Numbered from the whole stretch's first letter, positions 9,127-19,880 are shown. The stretch: DNA of 59,955 nt, filler included, from an uncultured Clostridia bacterium (GCA_964482715.1; 2 parts of 2 records of this genome joined end to end with filler, not necessarily neighbours in it); one strand, 5' to 3'. The notes: generated from the sequence alone by a model not told the origin. Numbers and translations: made by a program.

Positions 9127-12100
9127 ATGAAGAAATATATTGTTGGGATAGATTTAGGTTCGGTGTCGGTGAATGTTGTTGTTGTAGATGAGAAAGGGAA
9201 TCTCGTCTATGAGCACCAATATACCCGCCACAATGGCCAGCCAATAGAAAAAACGCGCGAGATACTGGGTCAGATTTACCCTTCATATCCTTTCGAAGCA
9301 GTAGCTGTTACTGGCTCTAATGGTGAACTTTTGAGTAAAATGTGGAAGACTCCCTATTTTGAGGAGGTGATTGCTCAAGCTAAAGGTACTCATCGGATTG
9401 ATCCTTCTGCAAGAACCATAATTGACATTGGAGGAATGGATGCCAAATTCGTAACCATAAATGAAGAGGGAGAGGTTATTGATTTTGGAATGAATTCAAG
9501 TTGTGCCTCGGGAACTGGTTCTTTTCTGGACCAGCAGGCAAAGAGATTGGAGCTGAATATAGAGGGAGAATTTGCTGAAGAGGCGCTTAAGTCAACCAAT
9601 CCGGCAAGACTTGCCGGAAGATGTGCCGTATTTGCCAAGTCAGATATGATCCACCTCCAGCAAAAAGCAACCCCTACCAGAGATATAACCATGGGACTGT
9701 GTGAGGCATTGGTCAGAAGTTACCGAAGCAACATAGCTCGGGGAAAGGAGCTTCCCGGACCCATATCTTTCCAGGGAGGGGTAGCAGCTAACAAAGCTAT
9801 GCTCGTAGCCTTCAGAAAAGTTTTAAATCGTCAGGATATAACTGTTCCACCTCACTTTTATTCCCTGGGAGCTCTGGGGGCAGCCTTACTCTTAATAGAA
9901 AAGAAAAATTGGAACAAATTTGATCCAGAAAGATTAAAATCACCCATTAAAATAACTGAAAAAAGAGGGGTCCTGCCAAAACTGTCTCTTGACTTTGAGG
10001 ATCAGAAACCTTCACCACCTGAAGATGACTATCCATTCCCTGAAGATGATCAACCCGTAGAAGCCTATCTTGGTATTGATATTGGTTCGGTGAGCACCAA
10101 TGTAGCTGTTATAGATAAGGAAAATCGTCTCATTGCCAAAAGCTATCTACCCACAGCTGGAAAACCTATTAAAGCTGTCCAGAAGGGCTTAAAGGAAGTT
10201 AAAGATAAGATCGAAGGAAGGGTAAAAATAAGAGGTGTAGGAGTTACCGGCTCAGGAAGGTATCTAATCGGCGCTTTCGTGGGGGCCGATGTGATAAAAA
10301 ATGAAATCACCGCCCAGGCAACAGGGGCTCTTGCTGTTGATCCTGAGGTTGATACTATTTTTGAAATCGGTGGACAGGACTCTAAGTACATAAGTTTAAA
10401 CAAAGGAGTAATAATTGATTTTACCATGAATAAAGCCTGTGCTGCTGGAACAGGATCCTTTCTGGAAGAACAGGCGGAACAGTTAAACATAAACATAAAG
10501 AAAGAATTCGAGGGCATAGCTTTTACCAGTGAGAGTCCGGCTAATCTTGGAGATCGATGTACTGTCTTTATGGAATCTGCTCTTTTTGAGCATCTTCAGC
10601 GGGGTGTTCCCATTCCCGACCTGGTGGCCGGTCTTGCCTATTCTGTAGCTTATAATTACCTCAATAAGGTCGTAGAAAATCGCAAAATAGGCAATAACAT
10701 ATTCTTTCAGGGAGGAACTGCCTGCAACAAATCGGTGGTTGCTGCTTTTGAAAAGATCCTTGGAAAAAAGATAACCGTGCCTCCTCACAACGAGGTTCTT
10801 GGAGCAATTGGGGCAGCTATTTTAGCCAAAGAGGAAACCAAAGGTGAAAGCAGATTCAAAGGCTTCGGATTAACTGATGTAAAATACACCATGGAATCCT
10901 TTGAGTGTCAGGATTGTCCTAATCACTGCAAGGTTAATCGGGTCTTTATTGAAGGTGAGAAGAAACCTCTGACCTATGGAGATCGATGTGACAAATACAG
11001 TGGTAAAGAGGGTAGAATAAAGAGAAAGGATATTCCCAATCTCTTTAAAGAGAGAGAAAAACTCTTATTTACCAGGTATAAGAAGGGGATAAGGGGCAAA
11101 AAAATCGGTATACCAAGAGCTCTGCATACCTATGAGCTTTCCCCTCTCTGGGAGAGTTTCTTCAGTGAACTTGGATTTGAGGTTATTCTTTCTTCCAGGA
11201 CTAATGATGAAATCATTCATCGAGGAGTGGAAGTTGTCACCGCTGAGACCTGTTTCCCTGTTAAAGTAGCCCACGGTCATGTCCTTGATCTTCTTGAAAA
11301 GGGAATAGATTATCTATTTCTACCCAGTCTTATTGACTTTCCTCTTAAAGACTCACGACTTCGCCGAACTTACAACTGTCCCTGGTCACAGGCCTTACCT
11401 TATTTTGTAAATTCTGCTATCCCTCTTCTTAGAGATCATTCTGTAAAGGTGCTTCAGCCTAAAATTTCTCTCCGATACGGAATCGAAAAAGCACTGGAAG
11501 AGGTGGGAAAACAACTTGTAGGTGATACGGATAATAAAATCAAAAAAGCCATAGTCATTGCTAAGAAGACTCAGGAGGACTTCTATCGGGCTTTAAGAGA
11601 GCTTGGAAAAAAGGTATTAAAGGATCTGGGAGATAAAAGGGGGTTTGTTATTATTTCGCGGCCCTATAATGGGTGTGATGCTGGACTAAACATGGACATT
11701 GCCGAAAGGATGAGAGAATTAGGTATGCTGGCCATTCCTATGGATTTTCTTGATCTTGATCCAAGTGCTATATCCCTTGATTATCCAAATATGTACTGGA
11801 ATTATGGGCAAAAAATACTGGCTGCTGCAAGATGCATAAAAAACACCCGAAATTTGTATCCAATTTACATTACCAATTTTGGTTGTGGGCCTGATTCTTT
11901 TGTTTCGAAATTCTTTGAAGAGGAGATGGACAGACCTTTTCTGGAGCTCCAAATTGACGAACATTCCGCTGAAGCAGGAATTATAACGAGACTTGAAGCA
12001 TTTCTGGATAGCATCAAAGGTAAAGCTCCTCAACCCACAAAATCTGTCAGAAGTGTAAGTCTAACAACCTCTACCAACAACAGAACCATCTACATACCTT

Positions 12101-13269
12101 ATATGGATGATCATTCCTATGCTCTCAAAGCAGCTTTTGAAGCCTTAGGTCAAAAAGCAGAGGTAATGGAGCCAAGTGACGAGGAATCTTTGCGCTTGGG
12201 ACAACGATTTACAACCGGAAGGGAATGTTACCCTGCTATATTGACTACCGGGGACATGTTAAAGGTAATAAAAAGAGAGAACTTTGATCGAAAAAAGGTT
12301 GCTTTCTTTATGGGGACAGCCGAGGGACCCTGTCGCTTTGGACAGTATAAAAAATTTCAGGAACAGCTTTTAAAAAGATTGGGGTATTCTGAAATCCCCG
12401 TTATTTCTTTGAGTTCAGAGAATAGCTACCTTGGCTATGGAGTAAAATTTACAAAACTTGCCTGGAGTGGAATTGTTGCCATTGACATTCTAAGAAAAGT
12501 TCAACGAATCATAAGAGCTGATGAAAAAAATCCGGGTGAAACCGATAAAGTTTACGAGCTATATCGAGATAAAGTTTGTCGGGCAATAAGAGAAGATAAA
12601 CCACTCCTTCCTCTGATGAGAGAGGCTGCTGAAAAATTCAGAAAGATCGAAAGAAAAAATACTGACAAACCGGTAGTAACAATTGTGGGAGAGATATACG
12701 TAAGACATAATCCTTACAGTAATCTCTTTATTATTGATGAACTGGAAAAACTGGGGCTGAAAGTTGAACTTGCTTCCATGCGAGAGTGGTTCTTCTACAC
12801 TAATGAGATGCATAAAGAGACGAGCCTGCGGGAAGGGAAATTTCTGGAGTTCATGAAAAACAGATTGAGGAATATTTATCAGGAAATTATAGACAGGAGA
12901 TTGGAGGAGCCCTTTAAGGATTTGGTCAGAGGGTTTGAGGAACCGGATATAGAGCATATCCTTGAACTTGGAGAAAGATACCTGCACCGTTCCCTCAGGG
13001 GGGAAGCAATTTTATCCGTTGGAAAAACTCTAAGTTCTATTGAAAGGGGAAGAGATGGAGTGGTAAATGTCATGCCCTTTACCTGCATGCCTGGAAATAT
13101 CGTCACCGCTGTTTTTGCCCAGATAGAAAAGGACTATCCTGGTTTTCCTGTTCTTTCCCTATCCTATGACGGCTCCCGCCAGGCAAATTACCTGAATAAG
13201 ATAAGAACTTTTGTAGCTCAGGTGGAAAACTATCATCATAAAAAAACCTATTCTCTAAACAAAATTTAA
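9127..13269 (+). CDS. Acyl-CoA dehydratase activase fusion (2x BadF/BadG/BcrA/BcrD ATPase + DUF2229/2-hydroxyacyl-CoA dehydratase-like domains)
   Basis: Two ASKHA repeats (GIDLGS/GIDIGS, DIGGMD/EIGGQD, CASGTGSFL/CAAGTGSFL, RCAVF/RCTVF), then CQDCPNHC, CFPVK, FGCGPD, ECYPA, GPCRFG and PFTCMP. Confidence 0.9.
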   Translation: MKKYIVGIDLGSVSVNVVVVDEKGNLVYEHQYTRHNGQPIEKTREILGQIYPSYPFEAVAVTGSNGELLSKMWKTPYFEEVIAQAKGTHRIDPSARTIIDIGGMDAKFVTINEEGEVIDFGMNSSCASGTGSFLDQQAKRLELNIEGEFAEEALKSTNPARLAGRCAVFAKSDMIHLQQKATPTRDITMGLCEALVRSYRSNIARGKELPGPISFQGGVAANKAMLVAFRKVLNRQDITVPPHFYSLGALGAALLLIEKKNWNKFDPERLKSPIKITEKRGVLPKLSLDFEDQKPSPPEDDYPFPEDDQPVEAYLGIDIGSVSTNVAVIDKENRLIAKSYLPTAGKPIKAVQKGLKEVKDKIEGRVKIRGVGVTGSGRYLIGAFVGADVIKNEITAQATGALAVDPEVDTIFEIGGQDSKYISLNKGVIIDFTMNKACAAGTGSFLEEQAEQLNINIKKEFEGIAFTSESPANLGDRCTVFMESALFEHLQRGVPIPDLVAGLAYSVAYNYLNKVVENRKIGNNIFFQGGTACNKSVVAAFEKILGKKITVPPHNEVLGAIGAAILAKEETKGESRFKGFGLTDVKYTMESFECQDCPNHCKVNRVFIEGEKKPLTYGDRCDKYSGKEGRIKRKDIPNLFKEREKLLFTRYKKGIRGKKIGIPRALHTYELSPLWESFFSELGFEVILSSRTNDEIIHRGVEVVTAETCFPVKVAHGHVLDLLEKGIDYLFLPSLIDFPLKDSRLRRTYNCPWSQALPYFVNSAIPLLRDHSVKVLQPKISLRYGIEKALEEVGKQLVGDTDNKIKKAIVIAKKTQEDFYRALRELGKKVLKDLGDKRGFVIISRPYNGCDAGLNMDIAERMRELGMLAIPMDFLDLDPSAISLDYPNMYWNYGQKILAAARCIKNTRNLYPIYITNFGCGPDSFVSKFFEEEMDRPFLELQIDEHSAEAGIITRLEAFLDSIKGKAPQPTKSVRSVSLTTSTNNRTIYIPYMDDHSYALKAAFEALGQKAEVMEPSDEESLRLGQRFTTGRECYPAILTTGDMLKVIKRENFDRKKVAFFMGTAEGPCRFGQYKKFQEQLLKRLGYSEIPVISLSSENSYLGYGVKFTKLAWSGIVAIDILRKVQRIIRADEKNPGETDKVYELYRDKVCRAIREDKPLLPLMREAAEKFRKIERKNTDKPVVTIVGEIYVRHNPYSNLFIIDELEKLGLKVELASMREWFFYTNEMHKETSLREGKFLEFMKNRLRNIYQEIIDRRLEEPFKDLVRGFEEPDIEHILELGERYLHRSLRGEAILSVGKTLSSIERGRDGVVNVMPFTCMPGNIVTAVFAQIEKDYPGFPVLSLSYDGSRQANYLNKIRTFVAQVENYHHKKTYSLNKI

Positions 13270-13292
13270 CTCACCTCTTCAGGAGGTAGAAA

Positions 13293-13706
13293 GTGAGAAT
13301 AATGCTGATCTATGCCAGTCAATCAAAAAAATTTGATAATCTGGCTACAACCATATTTTCTAAATTACAGGCAGGAGGACATCAAGTAGAAAAGATAAAA
13401 GTAGAAGAAGTAGATAGAGTCCCGACTCTTTTTCCCTATGACCTGGTGTTTTTTGGAAGCCCTGTAGAAGGATTTTGGGGAGGAAGATTTTCTGAGCAGC
13501 TTAATAGCTTCATCGGGAAGTGTACGGGACTGCAGGGAAAAAAGTCAGTTGTGTTTGTTTATCCTAAAACCTTTGGAACAGGAAAAGCTATGAAGAGAAT
13601 AATGCATAAACTCGAGGAAAAAGGTTCCATAGTTATTGACTTTAGAAGCATAAAAAGTAAATCCGAGGCAGAGGCTTTTGCCGAAAGATTGGGAAGAAAG
13701 AAATAG
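13293..13706 (+). CDS. Flavodoxin-like protein
   Basis: MRIMLIYAS...YDLVFFGSP...LQGKKSVVF flavodoxin-fold pattern; RBS AGGAGG. Confidence 0.7.
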   Translation: MRIMLIYASQSKKFDNLATTIFSKLQAGGHQVEKIKVEEVDRVPTLFPYDLVFFGSPVEGFWGGRFSEQLNSFIGKCTGLQGKKSVVFVYPKTFGTGKAMKRIMHKLEEKGSIVIDFRSIKSKSEAEAFAERLGRKK

Positions 13707-13724
13707 TTTAACTTGAGGAATACT

Positions 13725-14678
13725 ATGGAAAAGAGACAGGAGAAAACTCTAAAGAAAGAGACTCTAAATGATTTAAGAGAACAAATAGAGAGATACAGAA
13801 AGTACCTTTTAGATCTTGATATTCTGGGAAAAGAAATCATTGAAGCTCTCATTTTAAGAGACAAAATAAAGGAACTTTCTTTTAAACTGGAAAAAAGAGG
13901 AATAGATCTTTCTGTGGAAAAATCAAAAATAGACACTTTAGACCACATTATTAAAGATAGACCTGCATTAGTCTGGAAAAAAATTAAGGAGGTAACCGAT
14001 CCTGTAGCCTACCGAGAAAAAAACAAAATTCCTCCTGAAAACTGGTGGTGGTATCTGGATCATATTATAAAAAGGGAAAGACAAAGACGGAGAAGAAAAT
14101 GGCTGATGCGTGGAATAATTGGAGCAAGCATAATTTTAGCTATTTATCTTATTTTTACTTATGTAATTCCTAAACCTGAGCCTTATGTGGCCTTAATGGA
14201 AGAGGCAAGCAGACTTCTTGACGAGGGAAAAATAAATCCAGCTCTTGAAACTTACAAGAAAGCCATCAATACCAATCCTCGGGAAGGTCCAGCTTACCTG
14301 ATGGTAGGAGTAATTTACGAATTTTTAGGAGAAAAAGAAATGGCAGAAAACTACTTCTCCAGAGCAAAGCAAAGGTATAGCTCTTTACATGATTTTTATC
14401 TACAACGTGGGATGAGCTGGCTCAGATTAGGAGAATACAAAAAAGCTGAAATGGATGCAAAAGAGGCTTTAAAAATTAACCCTAAAAGTGCAGAAGCTCA
14501 TTTTTTACTGGGCAATGCATATGAGGCCCAGGACAAGATAGCTCAGGCCATTGCCGAATTCAGCATTGTGTCTGATATGGAAGCTGATCCTAAGCTAACT
14601 GTTATTGCCCGCTATAAAATCGGAATGCTTGCCCTTCGTGGAGTAGCCTCTCCTCCTGTGAAGACAGAAAATCCTTAA
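13725..14678 (+). CDS. Membrane-anchored TPR protein
   Basis: Single hydrophobic segment (IIGASIILAIYLIF) followed by TPR repeats (ALETYKKAINTNP, ALKINPKSAEAHFLLGNAY). ATG 13725 has a GAGGA RBS. Confidence 0.8.
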   Translation: MEKRQEKTLKKETLNDLREQIERYRKYLLDLDILGKEIIEALILRDKIKELSFKLEKRGIDLSVEKSKIDTLDHIIKDRPALVWKKIKEVTDPVAYREKNKIPPENWWWYLDHIIKRERQRRRRKWLMRGIIGASIILAIYLIFTYVIPKPEPYVALMEEASRLLDEGKINPALETYKKAINTNPREGPAYLMVGVIYEFLGEKEMAENYFSRAKQRYSSLHDFYLQRGMSWLRLGEYKKAEMDAKEALKINPKSAEAHFLLGNAYEAQDKIAQAIAEFSIVSDMEADPKLTVIARYKIGMLALRGVASPPVKTENP

Positions 14679-14679
14679 A

Positions 14680-15657
14680 TTAACCTTCTTTGTTTAAAAA
14701 AGCCACCACAGCTTCTTTCGGTGGCAAAGAAGGAATTACCCCTCTTTTAGTAGCTGTTAAGGCACCTGCAGCATTGGCAAATTTTAAAATTGTGACCATT
14801 TCTTCATAAGCAAGGTTAAAAAGAGGGCTACTTTTTTGATTTATTTTCTCCAAAAATTTCGCTAAAATACCAGCAGTAAAAGCATCACCACAACCTGTCG
14901 CATCAATAGTAAATACTTGAAATCCCTCAACCTCGCCAGAATCCTTACCGTTATTAAAAAAACTCCCCTTTTGACCCCTGGTAACAACCACTATCTTTGG
15001 ACCATATTCCAAGATTTTTCCAGAGCCTTCTTTTAAATCATCAATCTCGGTTATGAACTTCAGTTCTTCTTCGTTGACCTTAACCACATCACAGAAGCGC
15101 AGTCCCTCAATAATTCGCTTTTTTGCCCGATCTGGACTGTCCCATAATGTTGGTCTAAAATTAGGATCGTAAGATATAAGCAAGTTATGTCTTTTAGCAT
15201 ACTCAAGGGCACACAGTGTGGCCGAATAGCTTGGCTCAGAAATCATGCTTATTGACCCATAGTGAAAAACCTTCGCTCCCTTTATAAAGTCTTCCTCAAT
15301 CTCTTCTGGCCTCAACATCATATCCGCCCCGGGGTTTCGGTAAAAACAAAAATCCCTTTCACCATCCTCTCTTGTAGAGATAAAAGCTAACGTCGTTCTC
15401 ACCTCCTGGTCTACTTTAAGATGGGAAGTATCCACTCCATGCTCCAGCAAAACATTCTGCAAAAGTCTGCCAAAGGGATCATCACCAACTTTACTTATAA
15501 GAGCCGACTTTATTCCCAGCTTGGCAAGTCCAATAGCAACATTGGCTGGAGCACCACCTGGCACAGGAACAAAACTGGAAGCTCTTTCCAGAGGAACTCC
15601 CACTTCCGGGCAAAACATATCTATAAGAATCTCTCCAAGACATATAACTTCTCTCAT
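14680..15657 (-). CDS. PfkB-family carbohydrate kinase (fructokinase-like)
   Basis: GGAPANVA, YDPNFRP, KVNEEE and DATGCGDAF signatures. Confidence 0.92.
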   Translation of the reverse strand: MREVICLGEILIDMFCPEVGVPLERASSFVPVPGGAPANVAIGLAKLGIKSALISKVGDDPFGRLLQNVLLEHGVDTSHLKVDQEVRTTLAFISTREDGERDFCFYRNPGADMMLRPEEIEEDFIKGAKVFHYGSISMISEPSYSATLCALEYAKRHNLLISYDPNFRPTLWDSPDRAKKRIIEGLRFCDVVKVNEEELKFITEIDDLKEGSGKILEYGPKIVVVTRGQKGSFFNNGKDSGEVEGFQVFTIDATGCGDAFTAGILAKFLEKINQKSSPLFNLAYEEMVTILKFANAAGALTATKRGVIPSLPPKEAVVAFLNKEG

Positions 15658-15702
15658 TGATTTCACCTCTTTTTCTGACTTCGTTCAATTTTCGGATTTT
15701 TA

Positions 15703-16395
15703 TTATTTCTCGTGAGTAGCTTCCCATTCCTCCATAATGGTTCTGGTAGCACTTGTTCCAAGACGAGTTGCTCCTGCCTCAATCATGACAAGAGCCTTAC
15801 TTAGAGAACTAATACCTCCGGCTGCCTTTACTCCAAGTCGGGGAGCAACTTTTTCATAGAGCAGCTTCACATCTTCTACTTTAGCTCCTGCACTGCCAAA
15901 CCCGGTAGATGTCTTAACATAATGAGCACCTGCTTGCTCAGCCAGCTGACAGGCTTTGATTTTTTCTTCTTCATTCAGATAGCAAGTCTCTATAATAACC
16001 TTTACCAGCACTCCCTGCTTCACCACTTCCTCTATCTCTTGCAGGACAAGAGAGTAATCTCCATCCTTTAGAGCTCCTATATTAATAACCATGTCAATTT
16101 CTTCGGCACCATTATCAACCACCTGCTTTGCTTCGGTTGCTTTTACCGCTGGAGTATGTCCACCCAGCGGAAAACCCACTACAGCAGCTACTTTTACCTG
16201 CGAACCCTTTAAAATGTCCTGACAGAGCTTTACATGACATGGCTTTACACAAACAGTAGCTACCTGATATTTCAACGCCAGCTCGCACCCTTCCTTAATC
16301 ATTTCACGGGTAAAATAAGCCCTAAGCATGGCGTGATCTATCGTTTTCGCCAGCTTTTCATAGGTTAAAGTAACAACATCGATTTTCTCTATCAT
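15703..16395 (-). CDS. deoC: Deoxyribose-phosphate aldolase
   Basis: IDHAML, VGFPLG, EIDMVIN, KVIIET, VKTSTGF, VKAAGG and RLGTS. Confidence 0.93.
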   Translation of the reverse strand: MIEKIDVVTLTYEKLAKTIDHAMLRAYFTREMIKEGCELALKYQVATVCVKPCHVKLCQDILKGSQVKVAAVVGFPLGGHTPAVKATEAKQVVDNGAEEIDMVINIGALKDGDYSLVLQEIEEVVKQGVLVKVIIETCYLNEEEKIKACQLAEQAGAHYVKTSTGFGSAGAKVEDVKLLYEKVAPRLGVKAAGGISSLSKALVMIEAGATRLGTSATRTIMEEWEATHEK

Positions 16396-16415
16396 TATCT
16401 TACCCTTCTTTAACC

Positions 16416-17588
16416 CTACTTCTCTCCAACCTTAACCCATTCACCCTTTTGAGCACTCTCTAAAATAGCCTCACAGAGAAGCTGTTCCCAATGTCCGTCT
16501 TCAAAAGTTGGAAATTCTGGCCTGGTTCCCTTTTTATATTCTTCATTACGGATATACTCATAGATAACTCGATTACACTGGGTATGAGAGTCAGGAAATC
16601 CCTCGCCATGACCTCCAGGGTAGCGGGCATATTCTTTTATAGAAGGATCAAGCAGAGCTGGATCTTTTATCAGAATTTCGTTGGGTTTATCCCGGTAGCC
16701 TATCCAGAGTTCATTGGCTCTTTCCTCATCCCAGGCTAAGGAGCTTTTTGCTCCATATATCTCAAAGAAGAGCCTTGATTTTCTACCCGCAGTGACCTCG
16801 GAAACCGTCATAACTCCTCGAGCCTGGGAGTTAGCAAATTTAAAAAGAACCAGAGCCAGATCTTCTGTATCCACCTTAATTTCTTCATATTCTCGGGGTT
16901 TTTCCATCTCTTTGCTGGCAAAAGTCTGGACCTCCCCCTTAGGCTTTTTTCTGACCGGAATAAAGGTAGCAAGGTCAGCCAGGACTGCCTCAATTTTAAG
17001 TCCGGTAACAAACTGAACTATATCCATCCAATGAGTTCCTATGTCACTCACAGCTCGCAGTTTTCCTCCTTTATCAGCTTCCACACGCCAGTTATAATCA
17101 GTATCGTAAAGAAGCCAATCCTGCAAAAATCCTCCCTGAACAAGATAAATGGAACCCAAAAAACCTTTTTGAGCAAGTGCCCTGCAGTGTTGCACCAGAG
17201 GGAAAAATCGATGATTAAAAGTTACAGCATTAACAAGACCTTTTTCTCTGGCAAGGGCCACCAGCTCTCTGGACTGTTCCGCATTAACCGTTAGAGGCTT
17301 ATCACATACTACATGTTTTCCTGCCTCCAGAGCAGCTTTTGCCTGATCATAGTGCAGGTAATTTGGACTTGTTATCTGTACAACTTCCACCTCCTCATCC
17401 TCAATTAAGTCCTGCCATCTCCCATAGGCCTTGGGGATACAGAGAGCTTTAGCCTTGGGTTTCGCCGTTTCCTCACTTGAAGTGGCAAGAGCAACAACTT
17501 CAACAAATCCCAGACGCCTGATAGCCTCAATATGAGCCGGACCTATAAATCCTGCACCTATTACTCCCACTTTAATCTTATCTGGCAC
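16416..17588 (-). CDS. Gfo/Idh/MocA-family oxidoreductase
   Basis: GAGFIG, KHVVCDKP, DIGTHWMD and PTFEDG. Confidence 0.9.
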   Translation of the reverse strand: MPDKIKVGVIGAGFIGPAHIEAIRRLGFVEVVALATSSEETAKPKAKALCIPKAYGRWQDLIEDEEVEVVQITSPNYLHYDQAKAALEAGKHVVCDKPLTVNAEQSRELVALAREKGLVNAVTFNHRFFPLVQHCRALAQKGFLGSIYLVQGGFLQDWLLYDTDYNWRVEADKGGKLRAVSDIGTHWMDIVQFVTGLKIEAVLADLATFIPVRKKPKGEVQTFASKEMEKPREYEEIKVDTEDLALVLFKFANSQARGVMTVSEVTAGRKSRLFFEIYGAKSSLAWDEERANELWIGYRDKPNEILIKDPALLDPSIKEYARYPGGHGEGFPDSHTQCNRVIYEYIRNEEYKKGTRPEFPTFEDGHWEQLLCEAILESAQKGEWVKVGEK

Positions 17589-19335
17589 GGGACCCTCCTT
17601 TTTTGTTTTTCTTAAGCAACCTCAGTAAATCATCTAAGGAAAGTGTATTTACCACATCTTCTTTTTCTAACCAGCCTCTTCGAGCAGTTATAACCCCCAG
17701 TCTAATAAAGTCAAGAGACTCCTTACTATGAGCATCAGTATTTATAACCATTTTTATACCCCTTCTTTTCGCTTCCATAGACCAGTAATCTTCTAAATCA
17801 AGACGATCGGGTTGAGAATTTATCTCCAGCCAAACCCCTTCTTCTTTGGCCACATTAAAAACTTTGTCCAGATCAACAGCGTAGCCTTCTCTTTCTCCAA
17901 GAAGTCTTCCCGTTGGATGAGCTAAAATTTTAACCAGAGGATGACGAATGGCCTTAATAATCCTCTGAGTCATAGTTCGCTCATCCTGTTTAAATCCGGT
18001 ATGGATAGCAGCAATAACCACATCAATCTTGGATAGGATTTCATCTGGAAAATCGAGACTTCCGTCCTGTCTTATATCAACTTCGGCTCCCGTTAAAATG
18101 ACAAAGTCCTTAAACCTGGAATTAATTTTCTTTATTCTCTCAACCTGAGAGAGCAGCTTTTGAATGCTCAATCCTCCGGCTATTTTCAATGACGATGAAT
18201 GATCAGTGATAGCAATATATTCGTAACCTCTCTTTCTTGCCTCCTCTGCCATTTCTTCAATACTGTGCTTGCCATCACTGTAATTTGTGTGCATATGAAG
18301 ATCTCCTTTTATGTCCTTTTCACATATCAGACAGGGCAAAATACCACTCTCCGCTGCTTCAATTTCTCCTCTGTCCTCCCTCAACTCTGGAGGAATAAAC
18401 GACAGACCCAGACACCTGTATACTTCCTCTTCCTCTCTTCCAGCGATTTTCTCTCCTTTTTGGTTAAAAACACCATACTCATTTATTTTTAATCCTCTCT
18501 TGATAGCTCTTTCTCTTAATCGTATATTATGCGACTTGGATCCGGTAAAATACTGAATAGCAGCTCCAAAACAGTCAGGAGGAACAACCCTTAAGTCCAT
18601 CTGAAGTCCCTGACAGGTTAAAATACTGGACTTGGTCTCACCCTTTGCTAAGACTTCATCTACAAAGGAAAGGTGGCTAAAAATATCCATAAGAGAAAGA
18701 GGATCGGAAGAGGTAGCCAGTATGTCAATGTCACCTATGGTCTCCTTTCCTCTTCTTAAACTGCCGGCTGGAGAGATCTCTTGTATAAAAGAGGAAGCTT
18801 TCTCTTTTAGTTCAGCCAGGACTTCATCTACAATAGGGAGAGCTTTGCCCAGTAGAATACGGGAGGTTCTCATTTTGTAAAGTTTTATCCCCCTCAAAAT
18901 ATTTTCTTCTTTCTTTGCTCCCAAACCAGGAAGGTCTCTGAGTTTACCTTTTCGAGCCGCCTCTTCTAATTCCTGAATGCTTTTTATTCCTATTTTTTCA
19001 TAAAGAAGTCTGGCCGTTCTTGGACCAACATCCGGAACGGAAAGAAGCTCAATTAGTCCTGGAGGGAGAGCTGACTTTAACTCTTCATAAGCTGGTAAGG
19101 TACCGGTTTTTATTATGGTTTCGATTTTTTCCAGTATTCCTTTACCAATTCCAGGAATCTTATTGAGTTTACCTTCCCTGTACAGCTCTCCTACGTTACC
19201 CGAGAGAGTTTCTATTATGTCAGCGGCCCTTTCATAAGCTCTTATTCGAAAGGGATTTTCCCCTTTGATGGCCAACAGATCTGCCATTTCCCTGAATATC
19301 CGGGCAACTTTTGTATTGTCAACGTTAGATCTCAT
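17578..19335 (-). CDS. polX: DNA polymerase X / PHP 3'-5' exonuclease
   Basis: ENPFRIRAY, HhH motifs, AGSLRR..DIDIL, YFTGSK; PHP domain DLHMHT..SDG, TDHS, AHPTGR, NTDAH. Confidence 0.95.
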   Translation of the reverse strand: MRSNVDNTKVARIFREMADLLAIKGENPFRIRAYERAADIIETLSGNVGELYREGKLNKIPGIGKGILEKIETIIKTGTLPAYEELKSALPPGLIELLSVPDVGPRTARLLYEKIGIKSIQELEEAARKGKLRDLPGLGAKKEENILRGIKLYKMRTSRILLGKALPIVDEVLAELKEKASSFIQEISPAGSLRRGKETIGDIDILATSSDPLSLMDIFSHLSFVDEVLAKGETKSSILTCQGLQMDLRVVPPDCFGAAIQYFTGSKSHNIRLRERAIKRGLKINEYGVFNQKGEKIAGREEEEVYRCLGLSFIPPELREDRGEIEAAESGILPCLICEKDIKGDLHMHTNYSDGKHSIEEMAEEARKRGYEYIAITDHSSSLKIAGGLSIQKLLSQVERIKKINSRFKDFVILTGAEVDIRQDGSLDFPDEILSKIDVVIAAIHTGFKQDERTMTQRIIKAIRHPLVKILAHPTGRLLGEREGYAVDLDKVFNVAKEEGVWLEINSQPDRLDLEDYWSMEAKRRGIKMVINTDAHSKESLDFIRLGVITARRGWLEKEDVVNTLSLDDLLRLLKKNKKGGSRAR

Positions 19336-19880
19336 TTTTGCTGAATTTTTAAACCAAAAGCCTTACTCAGATAGTATCTTTTTGCCTTTTCTTCTCTTTC
19401 TCGGGCAAGCAGGTCAATTTCTTTAAGTTTATCTAATGCTATCCGGAGCTTTATATTTGGCAATCTTCTTCTTCCTTTTTTCTGTTCTTCAAACTTTTCC
19501 GGTAAAATTCGCTCAATCTCTTCCTGATCGAGCCATTTTCTCAAAACTTCATCTTCAAGAAGCTCCATTTTCACACCATCAAGCGTTTCACTTTGAACCA
19601 ATATCTTTTCTTTTCTCAGAAGTTCTTCCCGCCATTTAATCACTCTTTCAGGGTAAAGCACATACTTCTCTACTGGACCTGCTAATCTTCTTGAGTTAAA
19701 AAGAGCTCTTTCGTAATGTTTTCTTCCTCCTTTGATATATCCACGGGCAAGGTAGTAAAGTGTGGTCAATTCCCAGAATGTGCTTTTTTGTTCAAGTTCT
19801 TCAAGGCAACGGATGCACTCATTATAAAGGTGAAAGCTCCTTGCAATATTAATTGAAATGAAACTTCTAAAGGCATCCAT
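19332..19880 (-). CDS. Hypothetical protein (alpha-helical, charged), stop overlaps polX start
   Basis: 182-aa ORF in the operon direction with a 4-nt ATGA overlap with polX; no motif recognised. Confidence 0.7.
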   Translation of the reverse strand: MDAFRSFISINIARSFHLYNECIRCLEELEQKSTFWELTTLYYLARGYIKGGRKHYERALFNSRRLAGPVEKYVLYPERVIKWREELLRKEKILVQSETLDGVKMELLEDEVLRKWLDQEEIERILPEKFEEQKKGRRRLPNIKLRIALDKLKEIDLLAREREEKAKRYYLSKAFGLKIQQK

